Origin: the human T2T-CHM13v2.0 reference genome, Homo sapiens | Length of the DNA: 64,000 nt | Assembly: GCF_009914755.1 (NCBI RefSeq) | Contig: NC_060943.1 | Reading direction: 5' to 3' (one strand) | Shown here: piece by piece, positions 49,301 to 62,440 of the stretch | How the letters are laid out: each line of letters begins with the position of its first letter | Numbering within the stretch: the stretch's first letter is position 1 | Position numbers and translations under genes: made by a program | Notes under the pieces: model-generated | Told to the model about the DNA's origin: nothing | Databases searched by the model: none | Seen by the model: only the letters and a program-made list of their open reading frames with translations

Positions 49301-51680
49301 TGAAACACTCTTTTTGTGGAATTTGCAAGTGGAGATTTCAGCCGCTTTGAGGTCAATGGTAGAATAGGAAATATCTTCCTATAGAAACTAGACAGAATGA
49401 TTCTCAGAAACTCCTTTGTGATGTGTGCATTCAACTCACAGAGTTTAACCTTTCTTTTCATAGAGCAGTTGGGAAACACTCTGTTTGTAAAGTCTGCAAG
49501 TGGATATTCAGACATCCTTGAGGCTTTCGTTGGAAACGGGATTTCTTCATATTCTGCTAGAAAGAAGAATTCTCAGTAACTTCCTTGTGTTGTGTGTATT
49601 CAACTCACAGAGTTGAACGATCCTTTACACAGAGCAGACTTGAAACACTCTTTTTGTGGAATTTGCAAGTGGAGATTTCAGCCGCTTTGAGGTCAATGGT
49701 AGAATAGGAAATATCTTCCTATAGAAACTAGACAGAATGATTCTCAGAAACTCCTTTGTGATGTGGGCGTTCAACTCACACAGTTTAACCTTTCTTTTCA
49801 TAGAGCAGTTAGGAAACACTCTGTTTGTAAAGTCTGCAAGTGGATATTCAGACCTCCTTGAGGCCTTCGTTGGAAACGGGATTTCTTCATATTATGCTAG
49901 ACAGAAGAATTCTCAGGAACTTCCTTGTGTTGTGTGTATTCAACTCACAGAGTTGAACGATCCTTTACACAGAGCAGACTTGAAACACTCTTTTTGTGGA
50001 ATTTGCAAGTGGAGATTTCAGCCGCTTTGAGTTCAATGGTAGAATAGGAAATATCTTCCTATAGAAAGTACACAGAATGATTCTCAGAAACTGCTTTGTG
50101 ATGTGTGCGTTCAACTCACAGAGTTCAACCTTTCTTTTCATAGAGCAGTTGGGAAACACTCTGTTTGTAAAGTCTGCAAGTGGATATTCAGACTTCTTTG
50201 AGGCCTTCGTTGGAAGCGGGATTTCTTCATATTCTGCTAGACAGAAGAATTCTCGGTAACTTCCTTGTGTTGTGTGTATTCAACTCACAGAGTTGAACGA
50301 TCCTTTACACAGAGCAGACTTGAAACACTCTTTTTGTGGAATTTGCAAGTGGAGATTTCAGCCGCTTTGAGGTCAATGGTAGAATAGGAAATATCTTCCT
50401 ATAGAAACTAGACAGAATGATTCTCAGAAACTCCTTTGTGATGTGTGCGTTCAACTCACAGAGTTTACCCTTTCTTTTCATAGAGCAGTTAGGAAACACT
50501 CTGTTTGTAAAGTCTGCAAGTGGATATTCAGACATCCTTGAGGCTTTCGTTGGAAACGGGATTTCTTCATATTCTGCTAGAAAGAAGAATTCTCAGTAAC
50601 TTCCTTGTGTTGTGTGTATTCAACTCACAGAGTTGAACGATCCTTTACACAGAGCAGACTTGAAACACTCTTTTTGTGGAATTTGCAAGTGGAGATTTCA
50701 GCCGCTTTGAGGTCAATGGTAGAATAGGAAATATCTTCCTATAGAAACTAGACAGAATGATTCTCAGAAACTCCTTTGTGATGTGTGCGTTCAACTCACA
50801 GAGTTCAACCTTTCTTTTCATAGAGCAGTTGGGAAACACTCTGTTTGTAAAGTCTGCAAGTGGATATTCAGACATCCTTGAGGCCTTCGTTGGAAGCGGG
50901 ATTTCTTCATGTTCTGCTAGACAGAAGAATTCTCAGTAACTGCCTTGTGTTGTGTGTATTCAACTCACAGAGTTGAACGATCCTTTACACAGAGCAGACT
51001 TGAAACACTCCTTTTGTGGAATTTGCAAGTTGAGATTTCAGCCGCTTTGAGGTCAATGGTAGAATAGGAAATATCTTCCTATAGAAAGTAGACAGAATGA
51101 TTCTCAGAAACTCCTTTGTGATGTGTGCGTTCAACTCACAGAGTTTAACCTTTCTTTTCATAGAGCAGTTAGGAAACACTCTGTTTGTAAAGTCTGCAAG
51201 TGGATATTCAGACATACTTGAGGCTTTCGTTGGAAACGGGATTTCTTCATATTCTGCTAGAAAGAAGAATTCTCAGTAACTTCCTTGTGTTGTGTGTATT
51301 CAACTCACAGAGTTGAACGATCCTTTACACAGAGCAGACTTGAAACACTCTTTTTGTGGAATTTGCAAGTGGAGATTTCAGCCGCTTTGAGGTCAATGGT
51401 AGAATAGGAAATATCTTCCTATAGAAACTAGACAGAATGATTCTCAGAAACTCCTTTGTGATGTGTGCGTTCAACTCACAGAGTTTAACCTTTCTTTTCA
51501 TAGAGCAGTTAGGAAACACTCTGTTTGTAAAGTCTGCAAGTGGATATTCAGACATCCTTGAGGCTTTCGTTGGAAACGGGATTTCTTCATATTCTGCTAG
51601 AAAGAAGAATTCTCAGTAACTTCCTTGTGTTGTGTGTATTCAACTCACAGAGTTGAACGATCCTTTACACAGAGCAGACT

Positions 51681-54600
51681 TGAAACACTCTTTTTGTGGA
51701 ATTTGCAAGTGGAGATTTCAGCCGCTTTGAGGTCAATGGTAGAATAGGAAATATCTTCCTATAGAAAGTAGACAGAATGATTCTCAGAAACTCCTTTGTG
51801 ATGTGTGCGTTCAACTCACAGAGTTTAACCTTTCTTTTCATAGAGCAGTTGGGAAACACTCTGTTTGTAAAGTCTGCAAGTGGATATTCAGACATCCTTG
51901 AGGCTTTCGTTGTAAACGGGATTTCTTCATATTCTGCTAGAAAGAAGAATTCTCAGTAACTTCCTTGTGTTGTGTGTATTCAACTCACAGAGTTGAACGA
52001 TCCTTTACACAGAGCAGACTTGAAACACTCTTTTTGTGGAATTTGCAAGTGGAGATTTCAGCCGCTTTGAGTTCAATGGTAGAATAGGAAATATCTTCCT
52101 ATAGAAACTAGACAGAATGATTCTCAGAAACTCCTTTGTGATGTGTGCGTTCAACTCACAGAGTTTAACCTTTCTTTTCATAGAGCAGTTGGGAAACACT
52201 CTGTTTGTAAAGTCTGCAAGTGGATATTCAGACTTCTTTGAGGCCTTCGTTGGAAGCGGGATTTCTTCATGTTCTGCTAGACAGAAGAATTCTCAGAAAC
52301 TTCCTTGTGTTGTGTGTTTTCAACTCACAGAGTTGAACGATCCTTTACACAGAGCAGACTTGAAACACTCCTTTTGTGGAATTTGCACGAGGAGATTTCA
52401 GCCGCTTTGAGGTCAATGGTAGAATAGGTAATATCTTCCTATAGAAAGTAGACAGAATGATTCTCAGAAACTCCTTTGTGATGTGTGCGTTCAACTCACA
52501 GAGTTTAACCTTTCTTTTCATAGAGCAGTTAGGAAACACTCTGTTTGTAAAGTCTGCAAGTGGATATTCAGACCTCCTTGAGGCCTTCGTTGGAAACGGG
52601 ATTTCTTCATATTATGCTAGACAGAAGAATTCTCAGTAACTTCCTTGTGTTGTGTGTATTCAACTCACAGAGTTGAACGATCCTTTACACAGAGCAGACT
52701 TGAAACACTCTTTTTGTGGAATTTGCAAGTGGAGATTTCAGCCGCTTTGAGTTCAATGGTAGAATAGGAAATATCTTCCTATAGAAACTAGACAGAATGA
52801 TTCTCAGAAACTCCTTTGTGATGTGTGCGTTCAACTCACAGAGTTCAACCTTTCTTTTCATAGAGCAGTTGGGAAACACTCTGTTTGTAAAGTCTGCAAG
52901 TGGATATTCAGACTTCTTTGAGGCCTTCGTTGGAAGCGGGATTTCTTCATATTCTGCTAGACAGAAGAATTCTCGGTAACTTCCTTGTGTTGTGTGTATT
53001 CAACTCACAGAGTTGAAAGATCCTTTACACAGAGCAGACTTGAAACACTCTTTTTGTGGAATTTGCATGTGGAGATTTCAGCCGCTTTGAGGTCAATGGT
53101 AGAATTGGAAATATCTTCCTATAGAAACTAGACAGAATGATTCTCAGAAACTCCTTTGTGATGTGTGCGTTCAACTCACAGAGTTTAACCTTTCTTTTCA
53201 TAGAGCAGTTAGGAAACACTCTGTTTGTAAAGTCTGCAAGTGGATATTCAGACCTCCTTGAGGCCTTCGTTGGAAACGGGATTTCTTCATATTATGCTAG
53301 ACAGAAGAATTCTCAGTAACTTCCTTGTGTTGTGTGTATTCAACTCACAGAGTTGAACGATCCTTTACACAGAGCAGACTTGAAACACTCTTTTTGTGGA
53401 ATTTGCAAGTGGAGATTTCAGCCGCTTTGAGTTCAATGGTAGAATAGGAAATATCTTCCTATAGAAACTAGACAGAATGATTCTCAGAAACTCCTTTGTG
53501 ATGTGTGCGTTCAACTCACAGAGTTCAACCTTTCTTTTCATAGAGCAGTTGGGAAACACTCTGTTTGTAAAGTCTGCAAGTGGATATTCAGACTTCTTTG
53601 AGGCCTTCGTTGGAAGCGGGATTTCTTCATATTCTGCTAGACAGAAGAATTCTCAGTAACTGCCTTGTGTTGTGTGTATTCAACTCACAGAGTTGAACGA
53701 TCCTTTACACAGAGCAGACTTGAAACACTCTTTTTGTGGAATTTGCAAGTGGAGATTTCAGCCGCTTTGAGGTCAATGGTAGAATAGGAAATATCTTCCT
53801 ATAGAAACTAGACAGAATGATTCTCAGAAACTCCTTTGTGATGTGTGCGTTCAACTCACAGAGTTTAACCTTTCTTTTCATAGAGCAGTTAGGAAATACT
53901 CTGTTTGTAAAGTCTGCAAGTGGATATTCAGACCTCCTTGAGGCCTTAGTTGGAAAAGTGATTTCTTCATATTATGCTAGACAGAAGAATTCTCAGTAAC
54001 TTCCTTGTGTTGTGTGTATTCAACTCACAGAGTTGAACGATCCTTTACACAGAGCAGACTTGAAACACTCTTTTTGTGGAATTTGCAAGTGGAGATTTCA
54101 GCCGCTTTGAGGTCAATGGTAGAATAGGAAATATCTTCCTATAGAAACTAGACAGAATGATTCTCAGAAACTCCTTTGTGATGTGTGCGTTCAACTCACA
54201 GAGTTCAACCTTTCTTTTCATAGAGCAGTTGGGAAACACTCTGTTTGCAAAGTCTGCAAGTGGACATTCAGACTTCTTTGAGGCCTTCGTTGGAAGCGGG
54301 ATTTCTTCATATTCTGCTAGACAGAAGAATTCTCAGTAACTGCCTTGTGTTGTGTGTATTCAACTCACAGAGTTGAACGATCCTTTACACAGAGCAGACT
54401 TGAAACACTCTTTTTGTGGAATTTGCAAGTGGAGATTTCAGCCGCTTTGAGGTCAATGGTAGAATAGGAAATATCTTCCTATAGAAACTAGACAGAATGA
54501 TTCTCAGAAACTCCTTTGTGATGTGTGCGTTCAACTCACAGAGTTTAACCTTTCTTTTCATAGAGCAGTTAGGAAACACTCTGTTTGTAAAGTCTGCAAG

Positions 54601-57600
54601 TGGATATTCAGACCTCCTTGAGGCCTTCGTTGGAAACGGGATTTCTTCATATTATGCTAGACAGAAGAATTCTCAGTAACTTCCTTGTGTTGTGTGTATT
54701 CAACTCACAGAGTTGAACGATCCTTTACACAGAGCAGACTTGAAACACTCTTTTTGTGGAATTTGCAAGTGGAGATTTCAGCCGCTTTGAGGTCAATGGT
54801 AGAATAGGAAATATCTTCCTATAGAAACTAGACAGAATGATTCTCAGAAACTCCTTTGTGATGTGTGCGTTCAACTCACAGAGTTCAACCTTTCTTTTCA
54901 TAGAGCAGTTGGGAAACACTCTGTTTGTAAAGTCTGCAAGTGGATATTCAGACTTCTTTGAGGCCTTCGTTGGAAGCGGGATTTCTTCATATTCTGCTAG
55001 ACAGAAGAATTCTCAGTAACTGCCTTGTGTTGTGTGTATTCAACTCACAGAGTTGAACGATCCTTTACACAGAGCAGACTTGAAACACTCTTTTTGTGGA
55101 ATTTGCAAGTGGAGATTTCAGCCGCTTTGAGGTCAATGGTAGAATAGGAAATATCTTCCTATAGAAACTAGACAGAATGATTCTCAGAAACTCCTTTGTG
55201 ATGTGTGCGTTCAACTCACAGAGTTTACCCTTTCTTTTCATAGAGCAGTTAGGAAACACTCTGTTTGTAAAGTCTGCAAGTGGATATTCAGACATCCTTG
55301 AGGCTTTCGTTGGAAACGGGATTTCTTCATATTCTGCCAGAAAGAAGAATTCTCAGTAACTTCCTTGTGTTGTGTGTATTCAACTCACAGAGTTGAACGA
55401 TCCTTTACACAGAGCAGACTTGAAACACTCTTTTTGTGGAATTTGCAAGTGGAGATTTCAGCCGCTTTGAGTTCAATGGTAGAATAGGAAATATCTTCCT
55501 ATAGAAACTAGACAGAATGATTCTCAGAAACTCCTTTGTGATGTGTGCGTTCAACTCAGAGAGTTCAACCTTTCTTTTCATAGAGCAGTTGGGAAACACT
55601 CTGTTTGTAAAGTCTGCAAGTGGATATTCAGACTTCTTTGAGGCCTTCGTTGGAAGCGGGATTTCTTCATGTTCTGCTAGACAGAAGAATTCTCAGAAAC
55701 TTCCTTGTGTTGTGTGTTTTCAACTCACAGAGTTGAACGATCCTTTACACAGAGCAGACTTGAAACACTCCTTTTGTGGAATTTGCAAGTGGAGATTTCA
55801 GCCGCTTTGAGGTCAATGGTAGAATAGGAAATATCTTCCTATAGAAAGTAGACAGAATGATTCTCAGAAACTCCTTTGTGATGTGTGCGTTCAACTCACA
55901 GAGTTTAACCTTTCTTTTCATAGAGCAGTTAGGAAACACTCTGTTTGTAAAGTCTGCAAGTGGATATTCAGACCTCCTTGAGGCCTTCGTTGGAAACGGG
56001 ATTTCTTCATATTATGCTAGACAGAAGAATTCTCAGTAACTTCCTTGTGTTGTGTGTATTCAACTCACAGAGTTGAACGATCCTTTACACAGAGCAGACT
56101 TGAAACACTCTTTTTGTGGAATTTGCAAGTGGAGATTTCAGCCGCTTTGAGTTCAATGGTAGAATAGGAAATATCTTCCTATAGAAACTAGACAGAATGA
56201 TTCTCAGAAACTCCTTTGTGATGTGTGCGTTCAACTCACAGAGTTCAACCTTTCTTTTCATAGAGCAGTTGGGAAACACTCTGTTTGTAAAGTCTGCAAG
56301 TGGATATTCAGACTTCTTTGAGGCCTTCGTTGGAAGAGGGATTTCTTCATATTCTGCTAGACAGAAGAATTCTCAGTAACTGCCTTGTGTTGTGTGTATT
56401 CAACTCACAGAGTTGAACGATCCTTTACACAGAGCAGACTTGAAACACTCTTTTTGTGGAATTTGCAAGTGGAGATTTCAGCCGCTTTGAGGTCAATGGT
56501 AGAATAGGAAATATCTTCCTATAGAAACTAGACAGAATGATTCTCAGAAACTCCTTTGTGATGTGTGCGTTCAACTCACAGAGTTTAACCTTTCTTTTCA
56601 TAGAGCAGTTAGTAAACACTCTGTTTGTAAAGTCTGCAAGTGGATATTCAGACCTCCTTGAGGCCTTCGTTGGAAACGGGATTTCTTCATATTATGCTAG
56701 ACAGAAGAATTCTCAGTAACTTCCTTGTGTTGTGTGTATTCAACTCACAGAGTTGAACGATCCTTTACACAGAGCAGACTTGAAACACTCTTTTTGTGGA
56801 ATTTGCAAGTGGAGATTTCAGCCGCTTTGAGGTCAATGGTAGAATAGGAAATATCTTCCTATAGAAACTAGACAGAATGATTCTCAGAAACTCCTTTGTG
56901 ATGTGTGCGTTCAACTCACAGAGTTCAACCTTTCTTTTCATAGAGCAGTTGGGAAACACTCTGTTTGTAAAGTCTGCAAGTGGACATTCAGACTTCTTTG
57001 AGGCCTTCGTTGGAAGCGGGATTTCTTCATATTCTGCTAGACAGAAGAATTCTCAGTAACTGCCTTGTGTTGTGTGTATTCAACTCACAGAGTTGAACGA
57101 TCCTTTACACAGAGCAGACTTGAAACACTCTTTTTGTGGAATTTGCAAGTGGAGATTTCAGCCGCTTTGAGGTCAATGGTAGAATAGGAAATATCTTCCT
57201 ATAGAAACTAGACAGAATGATTCTCAGAAACTCCTTTGTGATGTGTGCGTTCAACTCACAGAGTTTACCCTTTCTTTTCATAGAGCAGTTAGGAAACACT
57301 CTGTTTGTAAAGTCTGCAAGTGGATATTCAGACATCCTTGAGGCTTTCGTTGGAAACGGGATTTCTTCATATTCTGCTAGAAAGAAGAATTCTCAGTAAC
57401 TTCCTTGTGTTGTGTGTATTCAACTCACAGAGTTGAACGATCCTTTACACAGAGCAGACTTGAAACACTCTTTTTGTGGAATTTGCAAGTGGAGATTTCA
57501 GCCGCTTTGAGGTCAATGGTAGAATAGGAAATATCTTCCTATAGAAAGTAGACAGAATGATTCTCAGAAACTCCTTTGTGATGTGTGCGTTCAACTCACA

Positions 57601-60600
57601 GAGTTTAACCTTTCTTTTCATAGAGCAGTTGGGAAACACTCTGTTTGTAAAGTCTGCAAGTGGATATTCAGACATCCTTGAGGCTTTCGTTGTAAACGGG
57701 ATTTCTTCATATTCTGCTAGAAAGAAGAATTCTCAGTAACTTCCTTGTGTTGTGTGTATTCAACTCACAGAGTTGAACGATCCTTTACACAGAGCAGACT
57801 TGAAACACTCTTTTTGTGGAATTTGCAAGTGGAGATTTCAGCCGCTTTGAGTTCAATGGTAGAATAGGAAATATCTTCCTATAGAAACTAGACAGAATGA
57901 TTCTCAGAAACTCCTTTGTGATGTGTGCGTTCAACTCACAGAGTTTAACCTTTCTTTTCATAGAGCAGTTGGGAAACACTCTGTTTGTAAAGTCTGCAAG
58001 TGGATATTCAGACTTCTTTGAGGCCTTCGTTGGAAGCGGGATTTCTTCATGTTCTGCTAGACAGAAGAATTCTCAGAAACTTCCTTGTGTTGTGTGTTTT
58101 CAACTCACAGAGTTGAACGATCCTTTACACAGAGCAGACTTGAAACACTCCTTTTGTGGAATTTGCACGAGGAGATTTCAGCCGCTTTGAGGTCAATGGT
58201 AGAATAGGTAATATCTTCCTATAGAAAGTAGACAGAATGATTCTCAGAAACTCCTTTGTGATGTGTGCGTTCAACTCACAGAGTTTAACCTTTCTTTTCA
58301 TAGAGCAGTTAGGAAACACTCTGTTTGTAAAGTCTGCAAGTGGATATTCAGACCTCCTTGAGGCCTTCGTTGGAAACGGGATTTCTTCATATTATGCTAG
58401 ACAGAAGAATTCTCAGTAACTTCCTTGTGTTGTGTGTATTCAACTCACAGAGTTGAACGATCCTTTACACAGAGCAGACTTGAAACACTCTTTTTGTGGA
58501 ATTTGCAAGTGGAGATTTCAGCCGCTTTGAGTTCAATGGTAGAATAGGAAATATCTTCCTATAGAAACTAGACAGAATGATTCTCAGAAACTCCTTTGTG
58601 ATGTGTGCGTTCAACTCACAGAGTTCAACCTTTCTTTTCATAGAGCAGTTGGGAAACACTCTGTTTGTAAAGTCTGCAAGTGGATATTCAGACTTCTTTG
58701 AGGCCTTCGTTGGAAGCGGGATTTCTTCATATTCTGCTAGACAGAAGAATTCTCGGTAACTTCCTTGTGTTGTGTGTATTCAACTCACAGAGTTGAAAGA
58801 TCCTTTACACAGAGCAGACTTGAAACACTCTTTTTGTGGAATTTGCATGTGGAGATTTCAGCCGCTTTGAGGTCAATGGTAGAATTGGAAATATCTTCCT
58901 ATAGAAACTAGACAGAATGATTCTCAGAAACTCCTTTGTGATGTGTGCGTTCAACTCACAGAGTTTAACCTTTCTTTTCATAGAGCAGTTAGGAAACACT
59001 CTGTTTGTAAAGTCTGCAAGTGGATATTCAGACCTCCTTGAGGCCTTCGTTGGAAACGGGATTTCTTCATATTATGCTAGACAGAAGAATTCTCAGTAAC
59101 TTCCTTGTGTTGTGTGTATTCAACTCACAGAGTTGAACGATCCTTTACACAGAGCAGACTTGAAACACTCTTTTTGTGGAATTTGCAAGTGGAGATTTCA
59201 GCCGCTTTGAGTTCAATGGTAGAATAGGAAATATCTTCCTATAGAAACTAGACAGAATGATTCTCAGAAACTCCTTTGTGATGTGTGCGTTCAACTCACA
59301 GAGTTCAACCTTTCTTTTCATAGAGCAGTTGGGAAACACTCTGTTTGTAAAGTCTGCAAGTGGATATTCAGACTTCTTTGAGGCCTTCGTTGGAAGCGGG
59401 ATTTCTTCATATTCTGCTAGACAGAAGAATTCTCAGTAACTGCCTTGTGTTGTGTGTATTCAACTCACAGAGTTGAACGATCCTTTACACAGAGCAGACT
59501 TGAAACACTCTTTTTGTGGAATTTGCAAGTGGAGATTTCAGCCGCTTTGAGGTCAATGGTAGAATAGGAAATATCTTCCTATAGAAACTAGACAGAATGA
59601 TTCTCAGAAACTCCTTTGTGATGTGTGCGTTCAACTCACAGAGTTTAACCTTTCTTTTCATAGAGCAGTTAGGAAATACTCTGTTTGTAAAGTCTGCAAG
59701 TGGATATTCAGACCTCCTTGAGGCCTTAGTTGGAAAAGTGATTTCTTCATATTATGCTAGACAGAAGAATTCTCAGTAACTTCCTTGTGTTGTGTGTATT
59801 CAACTCACAGAGTTGAACGATCCTTTACACAGAGCAGACTTGAAACACTCTTTTTGTGGAATTTGCAAGTGGAGATTTCAGCCGCTTTGAGGTCAATGGT
59901 AGAATAGGAAATATCTTCCTATAGAAACTAGACAGAATGATTCTCAGAAACTCCTTTGTGATGTGTGCGTTCAACTCACAGAGTTCAACCTTTCTTTTCA
60001 TAGAGCAGTTGGGAAACACTCTGTTTGCAAAGTCTGCAAGTGGACATTCAGACTTCTTTGAGGCCTTCGTTGGAAGCGGGATTTCTTCATATTCTGCTAG
60101 ACAGAAGAATTCTCAGTAACTGCCTTGTGTTGTGTGTATTCAACTCACAGAGTTGAACGATCCTTTACACAGAGCAGACTTGAAACACTCTTTTTGTGGA
60201 ATTTGCAAGTGGAGATTTCAGCCGCTTTGAGGTCAATGGTAGAATAGGAAATATCTTCCTATAGAAACTAGACAGAATGATTCTCAGAAACTCCTTTGTG
60301 ATGTGTGCGTTCAACTCACAGAGTTTAACCTTTCTTTTCATAGAGCAGTTAGGAAACACTCTGTTTGTAAAGTCTGCAAGTGGATATTCAGACCTCCTTG
60401 AGGCCTTCGTTGGAAACGGGATTTCTTCATATTATGCTAGACAGAAGAATTCTCAGTAACTTCCTTGTGTTGTGTGTATTCAACTCACAGAGTTGAACGA
60501 TCCTTTACACAGAGCAGACTTGAAACACTCTTTTTGTGGAATTTGCAAGTGGAGATTTCAGCCGCTTTGAGGTCAATGGTAGAATAGGAAATATCTTCCT

Positions 60601-62440
60601 ATAGAAACTAGACAGAATGATTCTCAGAAACTCCTTTGTGATGTGTGCGTTCAACTCACAGAGTTCAACCTTTCTTTTCATAGAGCAGTTGGGAAACACT
60701 CTGTTTGTAAAGTCTGCAAGTGGATATTCAGACTTCTTTGAGGCCTTCGTTGGAAGCGGGATTTCTTCATATTCTGCTAGACAGAAGAATTCTCAGTAAC
60801 TGCCTTGTGTTGTGTGTATTCAACTCACAGAGTTGAACGATCCTTTACACAGAGCAGACTTGAAACACTCTTTTTGTGGAATTTGCAAGTGGAGATTTCA
60901 GCCGCTTTGAGGTCAATGGTAGAATAGGAAATATCTTCCTATAGAAACTAGACAGAATGATTCTCAGAAACTCCTTTGTGATGTGTGCGTTCAACTCACA
61001 GAGTTTACCCTTTCTTTTCATAGAGCAGTTAGGAAACACTCTGTTTGTAAAGTCTGCAAGTGGATATTCAGACATCCTTGAGGCTTTCGTTGGAAACGGG
61101 ATTTCTTCATATTCTGCCAGAAAGAAGAATTCTCAGTAACTTCCTTGTGTTGTGTGTATTCAACTCACAGAGTTGAACGATCCTTTACACAGAGCAGACT
61201 TGAAACACTCTTTTTGTGGAATTTGCAAGTGGAGATTTCAGCCGCTTTGAGTTCAATGGTAGAATAGGAAATATCTTCCTATAGAAACTAGACAGAATGA
61301 TTCTCAGAAACTCCTTTGTGATGTGTGCGTTCAACTCACAGAGTTCAACCTTTCTTTTCATAGAGCAGTTGGGAAACACTCTGTTTGTAAAGTCTGCAAG
61401 TGGATATTCAGACTTCTTTGAGGCCTTCGTTGGAAGCGGGATTTCTTCATGTTCTGCTAGACAGAAGAATTCTCAGAAACTTCCTTGTGTTGTGTGTTTT
61501 CAACTCACAGAGTTGAACGATCCTTTACACAGAGCAGACTTGAAACACTCCTTTTGTGGAATTTGCAAGTGGAGATTTCAGCCGCTTTGAGGTCAATGGT
61601 AGAATAGGAAATATCTTCCTATAGAAAGTAGACAGAATGATTCTCAGAAACTCCTTTGTGATGTGTGCGTTCAACTCACAGAGTTTAACCTTTCTTTTCA
61701 TAGAGCAGTTAGGAAACACTCTGTTTGTAAAGTCTGCAAGTGGATATTCAGACCTCCTTGAGGCCTTCGTTGGAAACGGGATTTCTTCATATTATGCTAG
61801 ACAGAAGAATTCTCAGTAACTTCCTTGTGTTGTGTGTATTCAACTCACAGAGTTGAACGATCCTTTACACAGAGCAGACTTGAAACACTCTTTTTGTGGA
61901 ATTTGCAAGTGGAGATTTCAGCCGCTTTGAGTTCAATGGTAGAATAGGAAATATCTTCCTATAGAAACTAGACAGAATGATTCTCAGAAACTCCTTTGTG
62001 ATGTGTGCGTTCAACTCACAGAGTTCAACCTTTCTTTTCATAGAGCAGTTGGGAAACACTCTGTTTGTAAAGTCTGCAAGTGGATATTCAGACTTCTTTG
62101 AGGCCTTCGTTGGAAGAGGGATTTCTTCATATTCTGCTAGACAGAAGAATTCTCAGTAACTGCCTTGTGTTGTGTGTATTCAACTCACAGAGTTGAACGA
62201 TCCTTTACACAGAGCAGACTTGAAACACTCTTTTTGTGGAATTTGCAAGTGGAGATTTCAGCCGCTTTGAGGTCAATGGTAGAATAGGAAATATCTTCCT
62301 ATAGAAACTAGACAGAATGATTCTCAGAAACTCCTTTGTGATGTGTGCGTTCAACTCACAGAGTTTAACCTTTCTTTTCATAGAGCAGTTAGGAAACACT
62401 CTGTTTGTAAAGTCTGCAAGTGGATATTCAGACCTCCTTG
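51681..62440 (+). repeat. Nested tandem duplication, 17-dimer (5780 bp) offset
   Basis: Pairs at 51913/57693 (tgtaaacggg), 53948/59728 (ccttagt) and 56337/62117 (tggaagaggg), with the same dimer order in between. Confidence 0.87.
56325..56341 (+). promoter_or_regulatory. Mutated CENP-B box, C13>A (copy at 62105)
   Basis: CTTCGTTGGAAGAGGGA. Confidence 0.88.

Larger units (their letters stand above)
31394..59430 (+). repeat. Recent tandem duplication, 13600-bp offset (14280 bp after a 680-bp indel)
   Basis: Rare SNV pairs at 33558/47158, 35484/49084, 38313/51913, 40348/53948 and 41959/55559, then 42705/56985 and 43413/57693. Confidence 0.9.
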
